A stretch of 64,000 nucleotides of DNA from Candidatus Bathyarchaeota archaeon (GTDB lineage Archaea > Thermoproteota > Bathyarchaeia > 40CM-2-53-6): NCBI GenBank assembly GCA_005888635.1, contig VBAW01000025.1, positions 6,298-70,297 of the forward strand, written 5' to 3'. The position numbers and the translations under genes were made by a program. The notes beneath the pieces were generated by a model. That model did no database searches and was not told the origin of the DNA. It saw only the letters and a program-made list of their open reading frames with translations. Of this stretch, positions 1 through 9,702 are shown piece by piece (within the stretch, counting starts at the first letter, position 1; each line of letters opens with the position of its first letter).

Positions 1-246
1 TTGGGGGATGCCAGCAGCGTTTGCCTTCATCACCCATTGGCCTCGGCTCAGGGCAGTCATGATAAATCCACCATCACTCGTCTGCTCGACAGAACTCCCG
101 CCCGCCGGATCTATCTGCAGGTATGTCCGGTCCCAGGTAAGACCCAACACTCTCTCGGCCTGTGCTGGCCGGACAAATGGCAATCCGGCGAATAGTACGA
201 GAATGAGCAGAGCCGCAGTGCCAGCCCTCGGGCCTAGAACAGCCAT
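1..246 (-). CDS. Partial secreted protein, N-terminal part only (runs off the window edge). ATG at 244-246 on the minus strand. Not in the ORF track because there is no stop in the window.
   Basis: My translation of the minus strand: MAVLGPRAGTAALLILVLFAGLPFVRPAQAERVLGLTWDRTYLQIDPAGG... This is a classic signal peptide (basic n-region, hydrophobic core, AQA cleavage-like site). There is an in-frame stop immediately upstream of the ATG. Confidence 0.4.
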   Translation of the reverse strand, partial: MAVLGPRAGTAALLILVLFAGLPFVRPAQAERVLGLTWDRTYLQIDPAGGSSVEQTSDGGFIMTALSRGQWVMKANAAGIPQ

Positions 247-581
247 TGTCTGTTAACGTACGACCAAGCCGTTCCTTTCAGATAAGCATACCTGGCACGT
301 TTGACGGGATTGCTTTTATGAAAGTAGTTAGTTGTCTTCCAAACGTTAACCCGAATACAACAACATTCCGAACGGTGGAGTCTTGTGCGGGAAGTGGCTA
401 ATGTGGTCCGTCTTTGAATGGATCCAGGTAGCCGTTGGCGATATAGTTTCCGGGTGTTGTAGTGTAAATGTCGTACATGGTGTGGATGCCACTGTTCTGG
501 TATTGAATGTTGGTGATGGGGACCCATGTCTGGGATAGTGGCTGGACGAGCTTGTAACCCGTTTGACGGCCAATGAATGAC

Positions 582-1172
582 TTAGTACTTGAGGCTGAAT
601 CCACTGAAACTATGGCCGTTGGTATCGCCGAAGGTCCAGGAATACGTGGTACCACTTTGGAACGTGGCGCTTGAACATCCATTGTCACTAAGGCCGTTGC
701 TGATCTTGGTCGGCGTATTCGCTGATGCATAGGTGCCTTGACCGCTAGGGGCCGTACCGCTACAAATGCTAGTTGAACCATTGGTAACTGTGAGGCTGTT
801 CATAGTTTCGCTGGAACTGACAGTAAATGTGAAGTTGAAGTATTGGCTACTGTAACCGTATTGGGTGATAGTCATAGTCACGCCACCAGGAGGACTCCGA
901 CCAAGTCCCGCTCTGACAGTTCGACGTGCATCCAGTGTTCCCACCATTGTTGCAATTGGTGGTGCAGTTTTTTTGTTATTGTTGCAGTCGTTGCCGTTGC
1001 TGCCCTGAAAGCTGGGCAGAATAACGTACCTGAACGTGACATAAGTGCCTACACCAGCTCCAACAAACGCTCCGATAGAGACTAGGCTGATGAGAATAGC
1101 CGCGGTGGCCTTGCCCATCCCTTTAACAGTGGGAGTCACTAGCGCGGGAACTGCGTCGGCTTTCTGAGACAT
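582..1172 (-). CDS. N-terminally membrane-anchored, Ser/Thr/Gly-rich secreted or cell-surface protein. It may continue to about 398 in another frame (possible frameshift).
   Basis: N-terminal TM helix (AAILISLVSIGAFVGAGVGTYVTF) followed by S/T/G/N-rich low-complexity sequence. The overlapping ORF 398..781 encodes protein-like beta-rich sequence (KLVQPLSQTWVPITNIQYQNSGIHTMYDIYTTTPGNYIANGYLDPF) only downstream of this ORF's stop. Confidence 0.45.
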   Translation of the reverse strand: MSQKADAVPALVTPTVKGMGKATAAILISLVSIGAFVGAGVGTYVTFRYVILPSFQGSNGNDCNNNKKTAPPIATMVGTLDARRTVRAGLGRSPPGGVTMTITQYGYSSQYFNFTFTVSSSETMNSLTVTNGSTSICSGTAPSGQGTYASANTPTKISNGLSDNGCSSATFQSGTTYSWTFGDTNGHSFSGFSLKY

Positions 1173-1347
1173 TGCTTGCGACTAGGAGAGGCGCCAATTT
1201 GAATCTCGTGTAATCCTCACCCAACTCCGGCTAGTCTAATGTACGTTTGATCATGTACAGCCTCGCTGCGAGATCAGACTCATAGTGTTATCAGCGTAGC
1301 TTGTCTCGGACCTCACTTAAGTAGGGGTCGCCAAGTGACGATGAGTT

Positions 1348-1734
1348 ATGAAGATCAAACTAACAAGTGTATTCGTCAACGATCAAAACAGAGCGCTTGA
1401 CTTCTATACGAAGACCCTGGGTTTTGTTAAGAAGGCAGATATCGGCGCGGGCAATTACCGATGGTTGACAGTCGTTTCGGCTGAAGAGCCGAATGGGCCT
1501 CAGCTGGTTCTCGGGCCAAACGACAACCCCGCCGCCAAATCCTACCAAGAATCGATCTTCAAACAAGGTATTCCAGCATCCATGTTCTTCGTGGATGATA
1601 TTCAGAAGGAGTATCAGAGACTGAAGAAGCTCGGCGTGAAGTTCAAAATGGAGCCGACAAAGACAACCGGCTCAATAATAGCTCAGCTTGACGATACCGT
1701 CGGTAACTTGATTCAGATAACCCAGCTCACCTAG
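1348..1734 (+). CDS. VOC-family (glyoxalase/bleomycin-resistance/dioxygenase fold) protein
   Basis: 128 aa. The KIKLTSVFVNDQNRALDFYTKTLGF N-terminus is typical of glyoxalase-I-like VOC domains. Size fits a single VOC module pair. Confidence 0.75.
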   Translation: MKIKLTSVFVNDQNRALDFYTKTLGFVKKADIGAGNYRWLTVVSAEEPNGPQLVLGPNDNPAAKSYQESIFKQGIPASMFFVDDIQKEYQRLKKLGVKFKMEPTKTTGSIIAQLDDTVGNLIQITQLT

Positions 1735-1836
1735 AGACCACGAACCTCTGAAGAGTTTTACCCGGGAGCACTTTACCCCGTGTTCCGAATAGTTTCTTCA
1801 AGCTGACCAGTCTATCTTCCTGGCCCTGGACAATCA

Positions 1837-2067
1837 ATGATGGGGGTAGTATTGGAACTGGATTACGTTCGGCTGGCTCCAGGCTTCGCAAGAGAGGTAC
1901 TAGAGATCTACGAGAATTGGGAGGGAAAAAATTCTGCGCCTATGAAGGTCAGAGAGCTTATGATGGTGATTGAGATAGAAGTCAACAAACTCTATGACCC
2001 AGGTGGTTGGGATCGAAAGTACGGAATGCCGAAGCCCCCGCCACTCAAAGACACTAAGCTGAGCTGA
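1837..2067 (+). CDS. Small hypothetical protein
   Basis: 76-aa ORF in an otherwise non-coding gap. No recognisable motif. Confidence 0.2.
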   Translation: MMGVVLELDYVRLAPGFAREVLEIYENWEGKNSAPMKVRELMMVIEIEVNKLYDPGGWDRKYGMPKPPPLKDTKLS

Positions 2068-2073
2068 GGTCCT

Positions 2074-2439
2074 CTACTTCTTTTCTAGAATTTCCTTTCT
2101 TCTAGACAAAACGATCCTGGTAACCAGATCGTATGGGATCGGTTTGTCGGTTGGGAATTTGAGATTACCCTTCGGACCAAGGTACGAGGATACTTCCTTC
2201 TTGAATTCTCTGGGCGCCGGTGGGTAAAGCCCGATGTGTTTTCTAAACGCGGCAAAATGTACTAGAGAGGTGCCCTTCAGTTTGAACGTGGGTATCTGAT
2301 AGCTGATCGTTTCTTCCGCCTCGGGTGCCGCTCTTTTGACTGTCTGTCTCATTTTCTCCAGAACGGTTTGGACATTTTTCGGAAACGTCTTGATGTATTC
2401 ATCTATCGTCTCAAACTGCTTCTTGGCTGGCATTCGCAT
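2074..2439 (-). CDS. DUF1801 (YdhG-like) domain protein
   Basis: 121 aa. The pattern FETIDEYIKTFPKNVQTVLEKMRQTVKRAAPEAEETISYQIPTFKLKG..HFAAFRKHIGLYP matches the YdhG/DUF1801 fold family. Confidence 0.7.
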   Translation of the reverse strand: MRMPAKKQFETIDEYIKTFPKNVQTVLEKMRQTVKRAAPEAEETISYQIPTFKLKGTSLVHFAAFRKHIGLYPPAPREFKKEVSSYLGPKGNLKFPTDKPIPYDLVTRIVLSRRKEILEKK

Positions 2440-2470
2440 CTCTTTCCCAGAAGGGCCCGGCGACCGGATT

Positions 2471-3367
2471 TTATCCTATCCGTATGCCTAGGAACTGGCC
2501 AACTACTGTTCCAATTATGAAGAGGATTAGGCTTGCTGCCATTATTATTCCTGCGATCTCTGCGAACTGTCGCATGAAGTGCCGCCCCGAGATCACTGTA
2601 TCGTAGAATGTCATTGCTGCTACTAGTATGACCCCGATCACGAGCGAGGTTCCTAGCGCACCCGCCATGTTCGCCGTCAGGAAGTAAGGAAGCGCGAGCA
2701 AGACCGCCGTAATCATATATGAAACGCCGGTGTAGATAGCTGACCATTTGGCTGATCCTTCGAAGCCCTGCTTGGCCTGTGCGTAGGCGGCAGACGCCAT
2801 GGCAATTGACGCGGCCAGCCCCGCGATTATTCCAGCAAGCCCCGCGAGCTCCGTTTTCCCGTAGATTCCCAGGGACCCTGCATGAATTCCAGAGATCTCG
2901 ACAACTGCATCTGCGAGTCCGAGGACTATGAATGACATGTACTTGACCCGGTTCTCCTTGATCTCTCCAATCAGAAGGTCCTCCTGGCTCTCCTCGCTAT
3001 CCATCATGGCCTGAAAACGAGCCATGTCGGCGGGAGGAATACTCTCCGCGATCCTCTTGTAACGCGTGTGAAGCTTACCCTCATGCCTCTCCAACAGTTT
3101 TAGAGTGAAAGTCAAGCCGAGGATTAGTCGTAACAGGACAATCACATACATCCGGAGCTTCTTCGCCGAGGCCTTCGCCTCGGGAGCGTAGGTCTTCCAG
3201 AACTCGTAGTGAGTCTGCTCTCCATTTCCAATATTCTCGAGAGCCCTCTTGAAGACCGGGTTCTTCTCGCGACGAGCGAGTGCAAGATAGACGGAACGGT
3301 CGGCATACTCGTCCTGTGCAGATTCTCCGGCTAGCTTGACGAGCTCGGGGTTCAGGGTTTCTTGCAA
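2471..3367 (-). CDS. Ferritin-like (rubrerythrin-type) domain fused to a VIT1/CCC1-family iron/manganese transporter
   Basis: The N-terminal ~130 aa are soluble with E/H-rich ferritin-like helices. The C-terminal ~170 aa have 5 hydrophobic helices with the G-rich VIT1 pattern (SFIVLGLADAVVEISGIHAGS..). This two-domain layout is the common prokaryotic VIT arrangement. Confidence 0.7.
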   Translation of the reverse strand: MQETLNPELVKLAGESAQDEYADRSVYLALARREKNPVFKRALENIGNGEQTHYEFWKTYAPEAKASAKKLRMYVIVLLRLILGLTFTLKLLERHEGKLHTRYKRIAESIPPADMARFQAMMDSEESQEDLLIGEIKENRVKYMSFIVLGLADAVVEISGIHAGSLGIYGKTELAGLAGIIAGLAASIAMASAAYAQAKQGFEGSAKWSAIYTGVSYMITAVLLALPYFLTANMAGALGTSLVIGVILVAAMTFYDTVISGRHFMRQFAEIAGIIMAASLILFIIGTVVGQFLGIRIG

Positions 3368-3424
3368 GAGAGTGACAACTCCTCGAATTCTGGGGTTTTC
3401 ATGCTAGTAGCCTTGCTTTTTCAA

Positions 3425-3688
3425 CTATTGGTCGAGCTCCACGAACACCTCATCGTTCTCGACCTTCACGTTGTACTTGGTGAGCGGTTTCTCGGCAGGA
3501 GGATTGACCGCCTCCCCTGTCAATAGGTTGAACCGGGACAGGTGAAGCGGGCAAGTGATCTCTTCTCCAATTAGGAATCCGGTCGAAAGGTCAGCTTCTT
3601 CATGCGTGCACGTCCCATCCCAAGCGTAGAGTTTTCCGTCCAAATTCACAATCAGAATCCGTCGACCATCGTGCTCGACTCCCTTCAT
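3425..3688 (-). CDS. Rieske [2Fe-2S] ferredoxin-like protein
   Basis: 87 aa with CTHEEADL (CxH) and CPLHLSRF (CxxH) boxes about 17 residues apart. Lies 62 nt downstream of sufD on the same strand. Confidence 0.75.
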   Translation of the reverse strand: MKGVEHDGRRILIVNLDGKLYAWDGTCTHEEADLSTGFLIGEEITCPLHLSRFNLLTGEAVNPPAEKPLTKYNVKVENDEVFVELDQ

Positions 3689-3750
3689 CGTGCCTGGCGG
3701 AAGCTCAGAAAGAGGGCCGACGGGGATGAGCGTTCCCAGAATGTGCTTCC

Positions 3751-5172
3751 CTACCGGTACTTGTAATGTCTCTCGAAGAGATCCGCTTCTACAGCCTCCT
3801 TCTCAGGCTCCTCTTCAAACTCTGGAAGCTGTTCCACGCTCGGAGGAATCATTCCACCTCTCCCGGCCCATTTCTCGTCGATCAGAAACTGGATCACAGC
3901 TCGAACCGACCTAAGCGGTATGCGTTTGACGGCGGGGTGGAGAAATCCTAGGATAACCATTCTCTGAGCCTCGCTGTGAGTCAGTCCTCGCGACATAAGG
4001 TAGAAGATTTGTTCCTCGTCCACCTGGCTCACGGAGCCCGAGTGGGTCGCCTTCACCTCATTCGTGAAAATCTCAAGGCCAGGGATTGCGTCGGCCCTCG
4101 CCTTCTTGCTAAGGATCATCGCATGCTCCGCCAAATAGGAGTTTGAATTCTTGGCTCCCTCGCTGATCCTGATCATTCCCTTGAAAATCGCACGAGCACT
4201 ATCCCTCAATACTCCACGAGCTAGAACATGCCCTGTAGTGTTTGTCGACTGGTGCGTTAGATCCGTTACGACATCGAACCGCTGCGACTCCGAACCGAAC
4301 ACCACCTCGACATCCTCGGCCGTAGATCCGGGGCCATCGAGAACACTGTCCATCCGAGAACGCGTGGTTCCACCTCCAAGGTGTCCCACTGTCCAGTTTA
4401 TCCGGGAATCCTTCTGACCGATTGACCTCCGATTGACCGTCGAGTGAACGTCGCTCTCAAAGTCCTGGAGACTGGCAAAATTCACTTCGGCTCCTTCGGC
4501 GAGATAGATCTCCGTGACCTCGCTGTAGAGGGCCGGACCTTGACGCTCCTTACCCAGTCGTGAGTATGCTTCCTGCAGGAAGTTGACTTTGCTGTTCTCC
4601 TCAGCCACAATCATGTTGTGAGTGAAAGAAGCTTGTCCTCGGGTCGTGAGGAGCACGATGTTCCGGAAAGGAATCTTGACGCTCAGCCCCTTGGGAACGT
4701 AGAGAAAGGTTCCCGCTGTGAAGAATGCGTCATTGAGAGCTGCAAACTTGTCGTCGCCCGGCGGGATTGCTTTTGTGAACCGGTTTCGGGCGAGGTCTGG
4801 AAACTTGACCAAGGCCGATTCCAAGTCTGAGAAGACGATTCCCTCCTTCTCCAGAGCACCATGTACTTCGGTGCGGACCATCTGAGAATCCACTTGCAGT
4901 GCAAGTGTCGGCTCATCCTTCTCCCTGATTAGGTGAGATATTTCACTAGGAATAGTTCGACTATTCGACGGCAATCCAAGTTGGATGGAATCAAGATTGA
5001 GCCCCGAGAGGATGTCGACATATTTCGTGTATAACTGAGACTTTTCGATGGGGAGTTTGTTGAAGTAGTCGAGAGCCACTGATCGTTCTCTGCTAATTTC
5101 CTCAGGTTCAGCGAGGAGGCCGGAGACCTCTTTCACCATACTTTCGGTTGGATTGGCGAGAGAGTTGCCCAT
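3751..5172 (-). CDS. sufD: Fe-S cluster assembly protein SufD
   Basis: 473 aa, SufB/SufD-family beta-helix. More divergent than the adjacent SufB and directly downstream of it. Confidence 0.85.
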   Translation of the reverse strand: MGNSLANPTESMVKEVSGLLAEPEEISRERSVALDYFNKLPIEKSQLYTKYVDILSGLNLDSIQLGLPSNSRTIPSEISHLIREKDEPTLALQVDSQMVRTEVHGALEKEGIVFSDLESALVKFPDLARNRFTKAIPPGDDKFAALNDAFFTAGTFLYVPKGLSVKIPFRNIVLLTTRGQASFTHNMIVAEENSKVNFLQEAYSRLGKERQGPALYSEVTEIYLAEGAEVNFASLQDFESDVHSTVNRRSIGQKDSRINWTVGHLGGGTTRSRMDSVLDGPGSTAEDVEVVFGSESQRFDVVTDLTHQSTNTTGHVLARGVLRDSARAIFKGMIRISEGAKNSNSYLAEHAMILSKKARADAIPGLEIFTNEVKATHSGSVSQVDEEQIFYLMSRGLTHSEAQRMVILGFLHPAVKRIPLRSVRAVIQFLIDEKWAGRGGMIPPSVEQLPEFEEEPEKEAVEADLFERHYKYR

Positions 5173-5221
5173 GGCTAGTTGAGGGCCAGGAATATGTTTA
5201 GAAGGTTTGGGCTCGGAGGAA

Positions 5222-6628
5222 TTAGCCTACGGCGCCTTCCATTTCCATCTCGATGAGCCTGTTGAACTCTACCGCGTACTCCATCGGTAGGACCCGGGTG
5301 AAGGGTTCCATGAATCCTGTGACGATCATGCTGAGAGCCTGGGTCTCAGACAAGCCTCTGGACATTAGATAGAACAATTGATCCTCGTTGATCCTTCCAA
5401 CGGTGGCCTCGTGCGTTATGGTCGCGTCGTCCTCGTTAACCTCCATGTAAGGATAGGTGGTCGTCTTCGATCGATCGTCCATTAGGAGGGCATCGCATCG
5501 GACACTTGATTTTACGCCAACTGCTCCCTTGGCCACGTGGACAAGACCCCGGTAGGTCGTTAGTCCTCCGTCCTTGCTGACGGACTTCGCCGTGATCCGG
5601 GAGCTTGTGTACGGTGCGAGGTGGATTACTTTGGCGCCCGTGTCCTGATGTCTATCCTTACCAGCAAAAGCCACTGAGACAATCTCGGCTTTGGCCCTAG
5701 GTCCGACCAGATAGACTGATGGATATTTCATCGTAAGCTTGCTGCCTACGTTAGCGTCGATCCATTCTACCGACGCATCTTCATACGCATAGGCTCGCTT
5801 TGTGACGAGGTTGTAGACGTCGGAGCTCCAGTTTTGGAGCGTGGTATATCGGACCTTGGCACCCTTCTTGGCGATGATCTCGACTACTGCGGAGTGAAGC
5901 GCATCCTTGGAATAGACCGGGGCTGTGCAGCCCTCAATATACTGAACATCAGCGTAGTTGTCTGCGATGATGAGCGTTCTCTCGAACTGTCCCATGTTCG
6001 CGGCGTTGATTCTGAAATATGCCTGTAGAGGAAGATCTACCTTGACTCCTTCGGGAACGTAGATGAAGCTGCCACCGCTCCAGACGGCGCTGTTGAGCGC
6101 GGCCAACTTGTTATCTTCAGGAGGGATAATTGTCCCGAAATATTTCTTGACAAGCTCCGGATGAAGCTTAACAGCAGTATCCGTGTCGCAGAATATGACT
6201 CCTTTATCTTCGAGATGTTTTAGAAGACTATGATAGACGACTTCGGACTCGTACTGGGCACCCACTCCAGCCAAGAATTTCTTCTCGGCCTCAGGTATGC
6301 CCAATCGGTCGAAGGTCTTTTTGATCTTATCCGGAACGTCGTCCCAGCTCTTCTCAACCTTGTCAGTGGGACGTAGATAGTAGTAGATGTCATTGAAATC
6401 AATGTGAGCAAGATCGCCTCCCCACATGGGCATTGGGCGTTTGACGAAGTGTTCGTATGCTCGTAGCCTGAACTTTAGCATCCATTCGGGCTCTTTCTTC
6501 ATCTCAGAAATCTGTTCGACAGTCTGTCGTGAGAGTCCCTTCTCGGACTTGAACACGTATTTTTCTGGATCCTTGAAATCGTACTTGGCGTAGTCCAGGT
6601 CCAGAATACTCTTGTTAGCCATCTTCAC
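5222..6628 (-). CDS. sufB: Fe-S cluster assembly protein SufB
   Basis: 468 aa. Conserved SufB blocks ([19 protein letters not shown]..., [38 protein letters not shown]). Confidence 0.9.
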   Translation of the reverse strand: MKMANKSILDLDYAKYDFKDPEKYVFKSEKGLSRQTVEQISEMKKEPEWMLKFRLRAYEHFVKRPMPMWGGDLAHIDFNDIYYYLRPTDKVEKSWDDVPDKIKKTFDRLGIPEAEKKFLAGVGAQYESEVVYHSLLKHLEDKGVIFCDTDTAVKLHPELVKKYFGTIIPPEDNKLAALNSAVWSGGSFIYVPEGVKVDLPLQAYFRINAANMGQFERTLIIADNYADVQYIEGCTAPVYSKDALHSAVVEIIAKKGAKVRYTTLQNWSSDVYNLVTKRAYAYEDASVEWIDANVGSKLTMKYPSVYLVGPRAKAEIVSVAFAGKDRHQDTGAKVIHLAPYTSSRITAKSVSKDGGLTTYRGLVHVAKGAVGVKSSVRCDALLMDDRSKTTTYPYMEVNEDDATITHEATVGRINEDQLFYLMSRGLSETQALSMIVTGFMEPFTRVLPMEYAVEFNRLIEMEMEGAVG

Positions 6629-6937
6629 ACTCTCCCTTTATGACGTACGTTATACACGATAGCCCTGTGCCTATATGTATTTACAGGTTCCGTCCCATGG
6701 CCACACTCTCCGGCCATGCCAGTCAAAACTGGCGAAGAAACATTGTAAGTTCGCACGTCTGATGCTCGTTATCCTTGCGGCTCCTGCTCGTTCCCGCGCA
6801 TCATCAGAATCCGTTTCCCGCCACGAGACGAACCCCAAACCATCAATCAAGCCCAGAATAGAAAGATCCATTCCAGCACCCCCCCTCCCAGGGGGCGGCT
6901 TCCAAAAAGACCGGCGAGAAAATGAGCCAAGTTTTAT
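6629..6937. promoter_or_regulatory. Divergent intergenic/promoter region between sufB and the SOD gene. Contains the C7-T-C3-A-G5 motif at 6879-6895.
   Basis: 309-nt gap between two divergently transcribed stress genes. Only short overlapping junk ORFs. The GC-rich inverted motif is described under findings. Confidence 0.3.
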
Positions 6938-7573
6938 GTGAAAGGTTCCAGCGAGCCACGTTTCATGCCAGGAAAAAGATACTCTCTACCGAACCTGCCC
7001 TACAAGTACAACGCACTAGAACCAACAATTTCTGAGAAGATAATGACGCTGCACCACGACAAGCACCACCTCGCATACGTCAACGGAGCAAACGCGGCAC
7101 TAGACAAGCTAGAGAAAGCACGACAGACCGGCTTCGCGGGAATCGACGTTCGCGGAATCTCTCGTGATCTCGCCTTCAACGCGTCAGGTCATACTATGCA
7201 CAGCTTGTTTTGGCCGAACATGAAACAGGGTGGAGGCGGAACGCCCGGTGGACGCATCGCTGACCAGATCAACAAGGACTTTGGAAAGTTCGACTCCTTC
7301 AAAGAACAATTCGGAAACATCGCCAAACAGGTCGAAGGATCAGGCTGGGGAATACTAGCCTACGAGCCAGCCTCAGACCAGCTGATCACCCTCCAGGCCG
7401 AGAAGCACATGGACCTAGCCGTCCAAGGCATGACTCCACTCCTAGCCGTCGATGTCTGGGAGCACGCCTACTATCTCGACTACGTGAATGACCGCGCCAA
7501 GTATGTTGATGCTTGGTGGAATGTGGTCAACTGGGACGACGTAGCAGCCCGCTTCGATAAGGTTCGAAAGTAA
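6938..7573 (+). CDS. sod: Fe/Mn superoxide dismutase. The true start may be the internal Met at 6965.
   Basis: The sequence YSLPNLPYKYNALEPTISEKIMTLHHDKHH...DVWEHAYYLDYVNDRAKYV carries the canonical Fe/Mn-SOD signature (metal ligands His, His, Asp-x-W-E-H). Confidence 0.9.
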   Translation: MKGSSEPRFMPGKRYSLPNLPYKYNALEPTISEKIMTLHHDKHHLAYVNGANAALDKLEKARQTGFAGIDVRGISRDLAFNASGHTMHSLFWPNMKQGGGGTPGGRIADQINKDFGKFDSFKEQFGNIAKQVEGSGWGILAYEPASDQLITLQAEKHMDLAVQGMTPLLAVDVWEHAYYLDYVNDRAKYVDAWWNVVNWDDVAARFDKVRK

Positions 7574-7648
7574 CCCCGTCAAACTCCCAATCTTTTCTTT
7601 TCAGATAGTCCTTGCCAGGGCTACCTCTGTCCGAAGATTTGATCATCT

Positions 7649-8440
7649 CTAAGATGCTTCAGCTGAAAGATCCTTCGCAAGACTCTCAAGATCAATATCC
7701 TCTGCGTCTTTCTTCGTCTCCATTTTCACTGGTTTGGCAATCCTCTCTTTGATCCTGATTTTCGAAGGGGGCAAGGGTTTGCCGCGGCTTGGGCAGAGGA
7801 TGACCGGATGCAGATCGAGGATTCGCTGAACACTCGACCTTTCCTGTGAGATATTCTCCATGAATAGTGGCTCTCTAAGCTTGCCGCGCTTGGTCCTCAG
7901 AAGATCGCCGATAATGGCAACCCTGCTCTTGTTTACGAATAGAGAGATGGACCCCTTTGTATGACCAGGGGTCCAGACGATCGACCCGTCCAGCCCGACA
8001 TCCTTTAGTATCGACTCATCATCGGACGCCCCGTCCACGAGCACCGGGTGATACTTGACGAGCCGAAGCAACTTCTTCGTTGATGACGCAATAGCCAGAG
8101 CACGCCTGGCTATCCGTCCGTAGAGACTCCATGCTCGCGGCGTTATTACCACAAGGGTCCCAGCAACGTACGGCTTTTCGAACCCATGAGAGACGAGCAT
8201 TCCAGAAGTCGCTTTCTTCAGCGCGGCGGCACTTCCGATGTTATCCCAGTGTCGATGAGTCAGAAGAATCAGCTTAACATCGCTAGGCTCGCGGCCGAGA
8301 TCCGCCACTGCTTTCAGTATCCGATTCTCACTACCCGGCATCCCGGTATCGACAAGCACGAGTCCATTGTCCGCCTCGACAAGGTAGGTGTTAGCATGAC
8401 GAGCTGGTACCCTATAGACCCCTTCAGCCACTTTCGACAA
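7649..8440 (-). CDS. MBL-fold metallo-hydrolase
   Basis: 263 aa with the LLTHRHWDNIG (HxHxDH) zinc-binding motif and further His/Asp ligands. Confidence 0.75.
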   Translation of the reverse strand: MSKVAEGVYRVPARHANTYLVEADNGLVLVDTGMPGSENRILKAVADLGREPSDVKLILLTHRHWDNIGSAAALKKATSGMLVSHGFEKPYVAGTLVVITPRAWSLYGRIARRALAIASSTKKLLRLVKYHPVLVDGASDDESILKDVGLDGSIVWTPGHTKGSISLFVNKSRVAIIGDLLRTKRGKLREPLFMENISQERSSVQRILDLHPVILCPSRGKPLPPSKIRIKERIAKPVKMETKKDAEDIDLESLAKDLSAEAS

Positions 8441-8531
8441 TGCTAACTCGTCCCTCTAACAGTCACAGTCGCAGCTCGAACTCTTCGCCAGCCCAAGTAA
8501 TTGGCCTATCCAATTTAAGACTCGTGAAACC

Positions 8532-9620
8532 CTAGGGCTTCCGCGCCGCCACGACACTGTCGACTCTACCTAGAACCTCTCCCAGCGTAGGAGGTTCAAG
8601 CCCGCGTCCCTCCAGATACGCCGCTCCAGCCGCGTTGGCGAATATCAGCCGATCCTTATGCCCCAGCCCAACTCCCTGTGCATAGATGTCTGCCGCGTTC
8701 CAGACATCTCCCGCACCCGTAACCTTTGCAGGCTTGATCTTCGCGCAAGGAACGCGAACCCTCTGCCCATCCACAAATGTAGCCGAGAACTCTGGTGTAT
8801 GCAGATCAACTCTCGGAATCATCATGCTAAACACGCTCGCAGCTCCGAACAGCGGGTCCTCAGCCCCCTCAATCTCCGACGTGTCCTCGGCTACCCCCTT
8901 CGCCAGATGGACCAGCTCGTTCTCGTTCACGCTCAAAACATCCACCAGTCCAGGAGTCAGGACCCGTTCGTTCAGTCCCTCTATCTCACCCGTCCGTAAA
9001 GCGGGATCTCCGGGGTCGAAGAACGTGACAGCCTTTCCCTGCTCTTTGGCTATCGAGAAGACTTTCTCGGCGAGATCGGTTCCCTTCATGTTCTGGTTCC
9101 AGTTTAGAACACAGACAAAGTCGGCTTCGGATATGATCTGCTTGTCCTCCTGTGTCAGCTTCTCGGGGCCAAACTGGGATAGAGATCCGGGGTCGCTGAC
9201 CATGATGTTGACACGCCTGCCCGAGTGCTCAGTCTCAAACGACAAGGTCCGCGACATTGTTCCCGTTGTCCTGACGTGCGAAAGGTCTACACCCTTGAGA
9301 AAGTGTTGGAGTACTGTCTTGCCCAGTTGGTCTGTCTCAATAATCGGAACGACCTGACAGCCAAGCTTCGAGAGCTGAGCCACCACATTCGACGCGTTTC
9401 CTCCCCGGCCGACCGTGTGGCCCCAACCTAGAAGATTCCCTCCTCCCCTCTGGGCCACCTCAAGGAAGGAGGCGGTCAGGTCTTCAAGCTTGCCCGGATA
9501 AGTGAGAATGTAGTCGAGGTAGAAATCCGGCATCACTACGACCCTGAAGCTGGGCTTCGCATGGGTGAGAGTCTCTTTCAGCCCTGCAACAGGGTCTACG
9601 GATTCTTTAGCTCTCGACAC
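8532..9620 (-). CDS. PfkB/ribokinase-family carbohydrate kinase
   Basis: 362 aa. N-terminal GG dipeptide region and C-terminal anion-hole motif KVTGAGDVWNAADIY (TGAGD), typical of the PfkB family. Confidence 0.7.
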   Translation of the reverse strand: MSRAKESVDPVAGLKETLTHAKPSFRVVVMPDFYLDYILTYPGKLEDLTASFLEVAQRGGGNLLGWGHTVGRGGNASNVVAQLSKLGCQVVPIIETDQLGKTVLQHFLKGVDLSHVRTTGTMSRTLSFETEHSGRRVNIMVSDPGSLSQFGPEKLTQEDKQIISEADFVCVLNWNQNMKGTDLAEKVFSIAKEQGKAVTFFDPGDPALRTGEIEGLNERVLTPGLVDVLSVNENELVHLAKGVAEDTSEIEGAEDPLFGAASVFSMMIPRVDLHTPEFSATFVDGQRVRVPCAKIKPAKVTGAGDVWNAADIYAQGVGLGHKDRLIFANAAGAAYLEGRGLEPPTLGEVLGRVDSVVAARKP

Positions 9621-9702
9621 GCCTCCAAGCTCCAGAGTATCGGATTGACTATTCGTTCATAAGCATGGACTGAAATCACGACTTAAGCCTGGCTTATCCA
9701 AA

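Noticed and set aside
6675-6941. 88-aa and 66-aa ORFs in the sufB-SOD divergent spacer
   Set aside because: They overlap each other on opposite strands in a promoter region and have biased composition. More likely non-coding regulatory DNA.
8686-9357. 223-aa plus-strand ORF, plus several 60-115-aa ORFs, antisense to the PfkB kinase gene
   Set aside because: Low-complexity S/T/P/R-rich translation with no motifs, fully embedded antisense in a well-supported CDS. Typical shadow ORF of a GC-rich gene.
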